Shown here one piece after another: positions 1-8,007 of a stretch of DNA of 64,000 nt. This DNA is from Desulfobacteraceae bacterium (lineage in GTDB: Bacteria > Desulfobacterota > Desulfobacteria > Desulfobacterales > JAABSP01). The notes beneath the pieces are model-generated. The model saw nothing but the letters and a program-made list of their open reading frames with translations. It was not told where the DNA came from and made no database searches. Position numbers and translations under genes: made by a program. The DNA is taken from NCBI GenBank assembly GCA_011390135.1, contig JAABSZ010000002.1, positions 3,039-67,038 of the forward strand, in the 5' to 3' direction. Numbering within the stretch: position 1 is the stretch's first letter; the number at the start of each line of letters is the position of its first letter.

Positions 1-364
1 AGAGGGCAAAGAGGCCCGCGGCCACGGCTGTCCAGTGGAAAAAGAGGCGAACAAATGTTCGTGAAATCGGCTTTCGCTGCTTTCGGGCACGGCGCAGATG
101 GATAAGGGTTCCCAGGATCCCGGCAAAAAGGCCCAGATAGAGGAGCAGCTCCGTAGCTGAATAGGGGGCCGGAACGAGCCGGGCCGGCCAGGAAAGGAGA
201 TGGGCCAGCCAGGGGTAGATCATCCGGGAGTAGCCGTATTCGATCTTGTTCGGATGATCCGACAGGAGATAGCGAAAACCCAGGGCTGCGATGCATCCGC
301 CGAACAGGATCAGATGCCAGCCGGAGATCAGAGGGGTCCGGTGTACGATTCTTCGATTTCCCAT
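1..364 (-). CDS. Membrane protein, DUF3810-like; N-terminal part only, gene runs off the left edge
   Basis: ATG at 364..362. My own translation is MGNRRIVHRTPLISGWHLILFGGCIAALGF..EYGYSRMIYPWLAHLLSWPARLVPAPYSATELLLYLGLF. It has hydrophobic helices and a YSRxIYPW...P.S..E pattern that I associate with DUF3810. It is absent from the ORF track because there is no stop in the window. Confidence 0.45.
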   Translation of the reverse strand, partial: MGNRRIVHRTPLISGWHLILFGGCIAALGFRYLLSDHPNKIEYGYSRMIYPWLAHLLSWPARLVPAPYSATELLLYLGLFAGILGTLIHLRRARKQRKPISRTFVRLFFHWTAVAAGLFAL

Positions 365-540
365 AACAGCTCTTTACGGTTCCGTTTAAAGGATTGCTTG
401 AAAATCATAGGATATAAAGTTAGACTATAAGGCGGAGAGGTAACCTATAACCGCCTGATGATATCTCATATCCTAAACCATTGAAAAGGTCAAGCCTGCA
501 GGCATCCATCTCCATTCTCTAACGAACAAGGAGTTATGAA

Positions 541-3201
541 ATGAATCTCAAAACTATCAAAGGAAAGCTCACCGCGGGTTTTGCTCTCATGCTGATTCTT
601 CTGGCCGTGGTATCGGTCATCAGTATTTTCATGCTCTCGAACATGAACAATCGGATCAACAACATTGTCGATCGATCGGCCGAGAAGATGAAACTGGCCG
701 CGCGCATCAATCAGGATCTCATCGATATCTCCCGGGGAGAGAAGAATCTGATCCTGGCCGATGATGAGCAGAAGATGGCCGATTCAGCAGCATTTATTCA
801 ACAGACCCGAGATGAGATGAGGGCGCGCCTCCAGGGGCTTCGGGATCTTTCCGATCAGCAGGAGAAGGCTCAGCTCGAAGAATTCTCCCGGCTCTGGAAC
901 GCCTATCTGGAGACCGGCAAGCAGGTCATCGCTTTGGCTCAATTGAATTCCAATGTAGAGGCCAATGCCCTGTCCGACAATGCCGGAGCGGCCGCCTTCA
1001 ACCAGAGCGAAAGGGGATTGCGTCAGTTGATGGCGGAGCTGGAGAAGAAGTATGAAAAAGCGCTCCCTCAAAAGGCGCGGTTTCAGGAGGCGCGTCGGGC
1101 CGGGGAGAGGTTGATTGCCGATCTTTTACAGCTTCAGCGTGCGGAAAAAGAGATGCTGCTGAACAGGGAGGCCCCAACCGCAAATGAAGATCGACAGCGG
1201 TTTGGCTATGGCCGGAACCAGGGCGAAAGCTTCGATCTTTTTCTGCAGAATCACCGCGGATATCTCGAAGCCATTGACAAGGAATTGAATGCGCTTTCCG
1301 CGCTTTTCACTGCTGACGAGGATACAAAAAGAAGTCCTGTCGGCACTCTCATGGGGCCGGTAAAAGATGCTCTTCAGCGGCTGGAGCAGGGAACCGGAAC
1401 CGTTGCCGGCCTTCTTCTGAGAGGAGAGATCGATCGGGCTGTGGAACTTTCCGGGCAGAGTGTGGCCGCGGATTACAGGGCCGCGGAGAGTGCGATGCAG
1501 GAGCTGATTGCCGAATTGACCCGGCAAAGAGATGAGGCCGATCATGTTGCTCTGCTGGCAGACGATCTCCTCAAAGAGACGGGAATGATCCTTGCGCGGA
1601 TCTTTTCGATTCACAGGGATGAAAAAGGATTGATTCTGGATAAGAAGATCGAGAGTATGGAGCTGTATGCGGCATCGATTCAGGGATCGGTTTCTGAAAT
1701 CGAGAAGCGTGTGGAGGCCATCGAGGATGCCCAAGATCCCTCTCTTCGTCCCCATCTGTCCCGGTTTGACAAAGCCTGGAAGGAATTTCTTGCCATCGAT
1801 CAGAAGGTCATCGAGTTGAGCCTGGAGAACGGAAATCAGCGGGCCTATACCCTCTCCTCCGAAACCGGCGAATCCCAGATGGCCAGTGCCCGGGATGTGA
1901 TGAGGGGGATTCTGGAGAAGAGCGAGGCAAAGATGGCCCAGGACGCGCTGGAGACCGATGAGGCATACCAATTCTCCTTCTGGCTCAACCTCATCCTTTT
2001 GGTTTTGGCTGTGGCCGTCGGCATCTTCATCGCCTATCGCATCATCCGGGGCATCGAAACAGGGCTTTCAAATGCCATGAGCATCTCAAACGCTCTTGCC
2101 GAGGGGAATCTGACAGTCGATATCGATATTGAAGGGGAGGATGAGATCTCCTCGCTGCTGCATGCGATGCAGCGGATGGTTGCGCGGCTGAAAGAGATTG
2201 TCGCAGAGATTGCCCGGGCTGCGGAGAATGTGGCTTCGGGCAGTCAGCAGATGAGTTCCAGCGCAGAGGAATTGAGCACCACTGCGCAGCAGATGTCCGA
2301 AGGGGCATCGGAACAGGCCGCCTCGATCGAGCAGGTCTCCTCTTCAATGGAGGAGATGACGGCCAATATCCAGCAGAATGCCGACAATGCGCTGCAGACC
2401 GAAAAGATCGCTGCCAAATCCGCGCAGGGGGCCGAGGAGGGCGGAAAGTCGGTGAACCACACGGTGAAGACCATGCAGGACATCGCCGGCCGGATCACCA
2501 TCATCGAGGAGATCGCGCGTCAGACCGATCTGCTCGCGCTGAACGCGGCCATCGAGGCCGCCAGGGCCGGGGATCATGGCAAGGGATTTGCGGTGGTGGC
2601 CTCAGAGGTGCGAAAGCTCTCGGAGCGGAGCCAGCGGGCCGCGGCCGAGATCATCGAATTGGCCGGCAGCAGCGTCGAGATTGCGGAAAAATCGGGCGAA
2701 AAGCTTGCATCGCTGGTGCCGGATATCCGGCGGACCTCGGAGCTGGTGCAGGAGATCTCCGCGGCCAGCAACGAGCAGAGCAGCGGCGCTGAGCAGGTCA
2801 ACCTGGCCCTGCAGCAGCTCGACGAGGTGATTCAGCAGAATGCCACCGCGTCCCAGGATGTGGCCTCCACCGCGGAGGAGATGGCCGCGACCTCCGAGGA
2901 GCTTTCGGGGCAGTCGGAATCCCTGCGCAGCAGCATCGCGTACTTCAAGCTGGAGCAGAAGGATCGCTCTGTTGGTTCCGGGCTGCAGAGTGTCCGGCCT
3001 TCCAGGGAGGCGAAAAAGGGGCATATCGCTGTGCCCGGGGCGCCAAAAGCGCCGCAGAGAAAGGAAAAGCTCCGGAAGACCGGGAAAAAGGAGCCCTCCC
3101 GGGAGCTGAGTTTCGATGTTTCCGGAGAGGAGAAAACGGAATACGACGATATTGCGAAAGGGGAAGAGGATGTCCGGGATGGGGATTTTGAGAAGTATTG
3201 A
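541..3201 (+). CDS. Methyl-accepting chemotaxis protein with a very long helical periplasmic domain, HAMP, MCP signalling domain and a long C-terminal tail
   Basis: 886 aa. TM1 is around residues 13-32 and TM2 around 478-500. The tip motif [41 protein letters not shown] is present. AAGGAG RBS at 527..532. Confidence 0.9.
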   Translation: MNLKTIKGKLTAGFALMLILLAVVSVISIFMLSNMNNRINNIVDRSAEKMKLAARINQDLIDISRGEKNLILADDEQKMADSAAFIQQTRDEMRARLQGLRDLSDQQEKAQLEEFSRLWNAYLETGKQVIALAQLNSNVEANALSDNAGAAAFNQSERGLRQLMAELEKKYEKALPQKARFQEARRAGERLIADLLQLQRAEKEMLLNREAPTANEDRQRFGYGRNQGESFDLFLQNHRGYLEAIDKELNALSALFTADEDTKRSPVGTLMGPVKDALQRLEQGTGTVAGLLLRGEIDRAVELSGQSVAADYRAAESAMQELIAELTRQRDEADHVALLADDLLKETGMILARIFSIHRDEKGLILDKKIESMELYAASIQGSVSEIEKRVEAIEDAQDPSLRPHLSRFDKAWKEFLAIDQKVIELSLENGNQRAYTLSSETGESQMASARDVMRGILEKSEAKMAQDALETDEAYQFSFWLNLILLVLAVAVGIFIAYRIIRGIETGLSNAMSISNALAEGNLTVDIDIEGEDEISSLLHAMQRMVARLKEIVAEIARAAENVASGSQQMSSSAEELSTTAQQMSEGASEQAASIEQVSSSMEEMTANIQQNADNALQTEKIAAKSAQGAEEGGKSVNHTVKTMQDIAGRITIIEEIARQTDLLALNAAIEAARAGDHGKGFAVVASEVRKLSERSQRAAAEIIELAGSSVEIAEKSGEKLASLVPDIRRTSELVQEISAASNEQSSGAEQVNLALQQLDEVIQQNATASQDVASTAEEMAATSEELSGQSESLRSSIAYFKLEQKDRSVGSGLQSVRPSREAKKGHIAVPGAPKAPQRKEKLRKTGKKEPSRELSFDVSGEEKTEYDDIAKGEEDVRDGDFEKY

Positions 3202-3260
3202 TTACAAAAGTAAGCATTTTCCTCGCTGCCCCTTTTCCGAAATCTCCACATGGGAAAGAA

Positions 3261-4565
3261 TCAGTCGGGTGATGGTTTTTCCGGGGGCCGATACCGCAGG
3301 TCCTGCTTGATTAGGGATTCGAGGGTCGCGTCCAGAAAGGGCTTCATGCAGTCCCGCCCGATTCGGCCATCGCGGAAGTAGGCCATCTGGCGGCAGCCGC
3401 CGAAGCACTGGGGGAGATAGGGGCAGGCCAGGCACTCCTTGTTCTTCCAGATCTCCAATCCATGGGAACGGGCAGCCTTCTGAGGGTCGAGACCGGTATT
3501 CACATGACCTACGGCAAATTCCTCGATACCGATGAGCGCGGGGCATTTGTAGACGGCCCCGTCCCAGTGGACCACGAAGAGGTCGTCGGTCTCGATCATG
3601 CAGTGGAGGGGGCCGGGTTTGGGGGTGTAATAGCCCCGGGAGAGAACCACCTCCCGAAGCGTCAATATAGGATGAATCAGCCAAGACTCATTGAAGGAAC
3701 TGCAGCCGGTATTGCTTACGGGTTCAAAGCTGACCGGCATGAATCGGAGAGAATCGATCCGGTCTGGGGTGAGGCCAGCCTTTTCCAGCTCGTCGAGCAG
3801 GGGTAGGAAATCCATGTAGTTTTTCTGCAGAAAATTTCCGCTGATTCCTATTCGGATGAGATCGCAGACTGCGGCCGCATTTCCAATCACCCGTTCAAAG
3901 CTGCCAGTCCCATTTGCAAAGGGCCGGCTGCGGTCGTGGATCGTTTTTGGGCCATCAAGGGTGATCGCAGCAAGGGTCAGACCAAAAGGGAGCAGGAATT
4001 CGACCGTATTTCGGGTCAGAAGAGAGCCATTGGTGGTCAATATCGCATCGTACTGGGCACCTTTCCCTTCGGCAAAGGATTTGAGCCTTTCGGAGATGTA
4101 GCGGATCAGATCTGTTTTCAGCAGGGGCTCTCCGCCGTAAAAGTTGACAGTCAGGTGCTCTTTGGGTACTGCAAATTGATCCCACTGGGCCTTTACGAAC
4201 CGGATCAGTTCCTCTGCAGTCTGTTGGGACATGTGCTGATGGGACTTAATACGGTTTTCAAAACAGTAGGTGCAGGCGAAGTTGCAGTCCAGGGTCAGCA
4301 CCGCGGTGATATCGAACTTCTTCGATCTCGCGTTCCGCTTTTTGAAGCCGTCGAGCATCTCCTGTTGTTCGGCCTTTTTATCCTGCGTGATGAGCTTCAG
4401 ATCGGAGAAGAGTTTTTCCTGGTCCGGTGTGAGGCGGCCGGCCTCGATATCCGGGATCATGGCCGCCGGAACCCGTACCACGGACGCCTTTAGGGTGGAA
4501 TAAAGGATACGGTGATCAAGCTTCTCATCGCAGGGGTAGATCTTCGTGTAAGTGGATATCGGCAT
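3261..4565 (-). CDS. Radical SAM / SPASM-domain peptide-modifying enzyme (maturase-like)
   Basis: 434 aa. CNFACTYC (CxxxCxxC) lies about residue 95. The C-terminal CLACPYLPQCFGGC matches Cx2Cx5Cx3C, with further upstream Cys residues (CSSF, HCMIE, YKCP). The N-terminal ~90 aa resemble the substrate-recognition region of SPASM maturases. Confidence 0.85.
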   Translation of the reverse strand: MPISTYTKIYPCDEKLDHRILYSTLKASVVRVPAAMIPDIEAGRLTPDQEKLFSDLKLITQDKKAEQQEMLDGFKKRNARSKKFDITAVLTLDCNFACTYCFENRIKSHQHMSQQTAEELIRFVKAQWDQFAVPKEHLTVNFYGGEPLLKTDLIRYISERLKSFAEGKGAQYDAILTTNGSLLTRNTVEFLLPFGLTLAAITLDGPKTIHDRSRPFANGTGSFERVIGNAAAVCDLIRIGISGNFLQKNYMDFLPLLDELEKAGLTPDRIDSLRFMPVSFEPVSNTGCSSFNESWLIHPILTLREVVLSRGYYTPKPGPLHCMIETDDLFVVHWDGAVYKCPALIGIEEFAVGHVNTGLDPQKAARSHGLEIWKNKECLACPYLPQCFGGCRQMAYFRDGRIGRDCMKPFLDATLESLIKQDLRYRPPEKPSPD

Positions 4566-4579
4566 AGAGAAATGGCCGG

Positions 4580-4606
4580 GGGAGGGACGGATGATCCGCC
4601 CCTCCC
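4580..4606 (-). promoter_or_regulatory. GC-rich stem-loop between the small peptide ORF and the rSAM gene
   Basis: Plus strand reads gggagggacgg-atgat-ccgcccctccc: an 11-bp stem with one A.C mismatch and a 5-nt loop. It sits in the 48-nt gap between stop 4614 and start 4565. Confidence 0.4.
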
Positions 4607-4613
4607 TTTAAAG

Positions 4614-4757
4614 TCAAGGTTTTGGCTTTGGCTCCGGCTCCGGCGCTTTGGTAAAAGGTACTGGATCAATTAAACAGCACCCCTCTACATTGTTCCCTTC
4701 GATCCCCCTGTCGAGGATCTCCACTGAAGAATCGCTCTGCTTTTCATCTTTTTCCAT
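4614..4757 (-). CDS. Unannotated 47-aa peptide, candidate RiPP precursor (acidic leader, Cys-Cys core, Pro-rich EP/KP tail)
   Basis: Hand translation: MEKDEKQSDSSVEILDRGIEGNNVEGCCLIDPVPFTKAPEPEPKPKP*. AAGGAAAG RBS lies about 6 nt upstream. It starts 24 nt after the TonB-receptor stop and ends 48 nt before the rSAM start, on the same strand. It is too short for the ORF track. Confidence 0.5.
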   Translation of the reverse strand: MEKDEKQSDSSVEILDRGIEGNNVEGCCLIDPVPFTKAPEPEPKPKP

Positions 4758-4781
4758 AGGGCTTTCCTTACTTTACTGGGT

Positions 4782-6731
4782 TTAGAAGTGGAAGCGTATC
4801 CCCGCCTCCATCCACCGTTTCGGATTATCGTAATAGTCAAAATCATAGGAAGATCCGTCGAACATGTTATGGATGGTTGCGAAGAGGTCGGCATTGATTT
4901 CTCCGATGCTGACGTTTCGGCGCAGATTGAGATCCCATATGGGGTCATCATAGCTCGCATTTGACGAGGAGGGCTCATCCCACCAGGTATAGATCCCTGC
5001 CAGACGGAGGCTTATGATCTTCGGGTTATTATATCGAAGCCCTGCAACCCATTTGTACTTCTTTTCATCATTTTCCTCCTGCGCCTGATTATCCGTAATG
5101 ACATAGGAGAATCCGCCGAAGAAAGAAAAGTCATGGATTGGCAGGGTCTCCATCTCGATCTCAAATCCCCGTCGTCGATCTTCGTTCTTATTCAGCATGA
5201 TCGTGTTTCCTGGAGGACCTTCAGCATAGAGTTCTCTGGAAAGAATATCTTCGATTTCATGCTGAAAGAGATTGATTCTGGCCCACAGATAGGGAATGGC
5301 ACTTGTCTCCGCGCCGAGCTGATATGACCAGATCTTTTCGTAATCCAGATCTGGATTCGGGGCCAGAAGAAAGCCACCCATTTTGACCAAACCGATGCCG
5401 GGTGCGGAGAAGCCCCTTGATGCAGCCGCTCTGAAGAGGATCTCTTTCCAATGACAGGTCAGATCAAGACTGGGGCTGATGAATCCGCCTATGAATTCGT
5501 GGTGATCGTAGCGGATTCCGGGAGTAATGGCAAAATTTCCCAGCGTTACCGTATCGTTGAGATAGAGAGCCCACAGATTCCGTTTTGAATCGGATTCCAT
5601 CTTCGGCGGTGCTCCATATCCCTGGTACAGGGGACCGTATGCGTTTACCCTTTCCATATCGGCACGGTTCCCATCCGCGCCCAGCACCAGCCGATGGATT
5701 TCGTTCTCCCATGTCAGATTTCCGGCAAATCCAAAAATTCGCTGATCACCCCCGGTGTTCAACAGGAGTTCCGGTCTATCCGAATAAATGCCAGCTCCCA
5801 GAGTGCTGGTATTTGTATTGTATTTCTGCCGGAATCCATAGAGGGAAAGAAAGAACGCCATCCTCTCTGAAAGGCTGGTATTGAAGTCAATGGCGCCCCA
5901 GACTGTCCTGTCCTGAATATCAGAAACCATATCCCCTTCCGTATATTCCCCCAAATCATTCCAGGGCTCACTGTAGCCGAAGGTAATGCCCATCGCTGTG
6001 CGTTCCCACAGAGGGATGCGCAGCTTTGAAAAGAGACTGCTGTTTTCATACTCCCGCGTGGGCTCCAGCCCGTCGGATTCCTGATGGTCTGCAAAGAGAT
6101 AGTAGCCGGTATTCCCTGCCTTACCAGAGATCTCCCCCTGGTAGTTTTGAGATGCGGCCTCGCCATAGGAAGCTTGAAGCATTCCTATCGGCTTTTGCGT
6201 ATGGCCTGCGGACTTGGTGATGACGTTGATGACGCCGCCCAGAGAAGAACCCCATGATGAAGATGCAGGCCCTTTGACGATCTCGATCCGCTCCACCGCA
6301 CCGACGGGTATCGACTGGATTGCGGGTTCTCCGGAGTAAACCGAGTTCCAGGGGATGTTATCCACATAGACCTGTATGTGTCGAAGCTCGGAGCCTTGAA
6401 TGTACGGCAGGGAAATTGCTCCGAAATCCTGATTGCTGGAGATAAAGATCCCTGGAACCTGCCGGAGCACCTCTCCCAGCGTGTGCGCGTTCATGGCCCG
6501 GATCTCGGCTGCATTGATCACAGTGATGTTCTCCGCAACCTGGGAGATGGGCTTGAGAGACCGCGTCGCGCTGATCACCTGCAGCTCCTCGGGCCGGTAG
6601 TAGAGGGAGAGAATGGCCATCTCCTCTTCGGTCTGGGATTGTGCCGCGGAAAAAGGAAAAAGAAGCAGCAGCATGGAAACGATGGCGGACAATCGGCGGG
6701 AAAAGAATTTTGGAAACATCTTTGAACTCAC
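4782..6731 (-). CDS. TonB-dependent outer-membrane receptor (plug plus beta-barrel)
   Basis: 649 aa. Signal peptide ...LLLLFPFSAAQSQ. Plug region ELQVISATRS...NITVINAAEI...LGEVLRQVPGI. IEIVKGPASSSWGSSLGGVINVITK motif. C-terminal ...GIRFHF ends in the terminal aromatic typical of OM barrels. Confidence 0.85.
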   Translation of the reverse strand: MSSKMFPKFFSRRLSAIVSMLLLLFPFSAAQSQTEEEMAILSLYYRPEELQVISATRSLKPISQVAENITVINAAEIRAMNAHTLGEVLRQVPGIFISSNQDFGAISLPYIQGSELRHIQVYVDNIPWNSVYSGEPAIQSIPVGAVERIEIVKGPASSSWGSSLGGVINVITKSAGHTQKPIGMLQASYGEAASQNYQGEISGKAGNTGYYLFADHQESDGLEPTREYENSSLFSKLRIPLWERTAMGITFGYSEPWNDLGEYTEGDMVSDIQDRTVWGAIDFNTSLSERMAFFLSLYGFRQKYNTNTSTLGAGIYSDRPELLLNTGGDQRIFGFAGNLTWENEIHRLVLGADGNRADMERVNAYGPLYQGYGAPPKMESDSKRNLWALYLNDTVTLGNFAITPGIRYDHHEFIGGFISPSLDLTCHWKEILFRAAASRGFSAPGIGLVKMGGFLLAPNPDLDYEKIWSYQLGAETSAIPYLWARINLFQHEIEDILSRELYAEGPPGNTIMLNKNEDRRRGFEIEMETLPIHDFSFFGGFSYVITDNQAQEENDEKKYKWVAGLRYNNPKIISLRLAGIYTWWDEPSSSNASYDDPIWDLNLRRNVSIGEINADLFATIHNMFDGSSYDFDYYDNPKRWMEAGIRFHF

Positions 6732-7094
6732 TTTACAAAATAAAAGCGGGGTTTAAGGATAAATGCATCGCATCGGGAAGCGTTTTGGAAAAGCCCGTTC
6801 CGACACCAGACAAGGCGAGTCTCCTCCGCAAACGAGGAATTCAAAGATATCACACCCCTTTTCCTCGTGCAAGTCAAAAAAAACCTCTTCTCTCCCCTTC
6901 CCTTTTCTTCACTTTTCCTGTAGACTTTTTGTGCAGATTTCTGATAAGAAACAAAAGCGGCAGAGGGTTAAAAATGCGGCATCTGTTTTTTCCGAATATA
7001 TTTCCCTGGCTTTCATCTGAGACGCTATGAAGGTTGGTCCATATTCCCATTATCGCCGAAACGGCAGGAGCCGGCGACAGAGAAACCTTTCCCT

Positions 7095-7994
7095 ATGAAA
7101 CGGCTTCTCCTCTTATTCCTCCTGCTGCTGAATATTTCCCTGCCGGCTCAGGCCTCCAGCCTGGTGGCGGTGGTGGAAAGCATCAGGATTCCGCCCTACG
7201 AGGCCGCGATCGACGGATTCGGCCAAGCCTGCAGTTGCACCACAAAACGGTTTCTGATCTCGGAACTGGGAGAGGAGGCTCTCCTATCCCTTATCGAGGA
7301 AGAGAAACCCCGACTGATACTGGCTGTGGGAAACGAGGCACTGGGCAAGGTACTCTCCGTCACCCATATTCCCATCGTCTATCTCATGGTCTTCAACCCC
7401 TGGGATATCGTCGAAGACCAGGAAAACATCTCCGGCGTCAGCATGAACATTCCGCAGAAAAAGCAGTTGGAGATTCTCATTACAGCCGCGCCCGATGTAG
7501 AGCGGGTCGGATTTCTCTACAATCCGGATCGAAACCGGATTTTTGCAGAAAAGGCCAAGGCAGCGGCCGATGAACTGGGGGTTCAACTCCTCTCTGTGGC
7601 CGTTCATAAATCCGCGGACATGGCCCAAAGGCTCAAAGAGATCGTCAAAGAGATTGACGGGTTCTGGATGATCCCCGACATCATCGTCTATACCCCCGAG
7701 ACGATCCAGCACCTGCTGCAGGTCTCGCTGGAGAACCGTTTTCCGGTACTCTCTTTTTCAGAAAAGTATCTTGATATGGGGGCATTTCTTTCCGTCACCT
7801 TTGATCCGGAGGATTTAGGCCGGCAGGCCGGGGAGATGGCCCAAAAGATTCTAAAGGGGACCTCGGGGCGGCGGGTGATGAACACGGAGGCGAGAAAGCC
7901 GGTGATTCAGATCAACAAGACCGTGGGGAAGCGTCTGAGGATCGAGTCCGATCTCGATGCCGCAGAGATGACCCTTCTGGAAATGGGGAAATAG
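7095..7994 (+). CDS. Periplasmic ABC-type substrate-binding protein (PF04392-like), probably a co-sensor for the downstream kinase
   Basis: 299 aa with a signal peptide. The pattern IPIVYLMVFNPWDIV...ISGVS...KKQLEILITAAPDVERVGFLYNP...GRQAGEMAQKILKG resembles the ABC_sub_bind family. Confidence 0.7.
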   Translation: MKRLLLLFLLLLNISLPAQASSLVAVVESIRIPPYEAAIDGFGQACSCTTKRFLISELGEEALLSLIEEEKPRLILAVGNEALGKVLSVTHIPIVYLMVFNPWDIVEDQENISGVSMNIPQKKQLEILITAAPDVERVGFLYNPDRNRIFAEKAKAAADELGVQLLSVAVHKSADMAQRLKEIVKEIDGFWMIPDIIVYTPETIQHLLQVSLENRFPVLSFSEKYLDMGAFLSVTFDPEDLGRQAGEMAQKILKGTSGRRVMNTEARKPVIQINKTVGKRLRIESDLDAAEMTLLEMGK

Positions 7995-8007
7995 GCGAGG
8001 CGGAATT

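Noticed and set aside
200-430. 76-aa plus-strand ORF at the left edge
   Set aside because: It overlaps the minus-strand membrane-protein frame (1..364), which has a coherent hydrophobic-helix pattern. The plus-strand translation looks random.
4685-4978. 97-aa minus-strand ORF overlapping the TonB-receptor 3' end and the small-peptide ORF
   Set aside because: Two thirds of it lies inside the receptor CDS in another frame. It has no RBS and a Ser/Thr/Arg-rich nonsense-like sequence. I prefer the 47-aa ORF, which has an RBS and sits in an intergenic position.
6732-7094. Possible cobalamin riboswitch upstream of the TonB-dependent receptor (BtuB-like context)
   Set aside because: I read the minus-strand leader and found no GCCACTG B12 box and no GGGAA...GGTG.AA.TCC core. 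Only a vague GAGGAGACTCGCC resemblance was present. An Rfam scan would settle the question.
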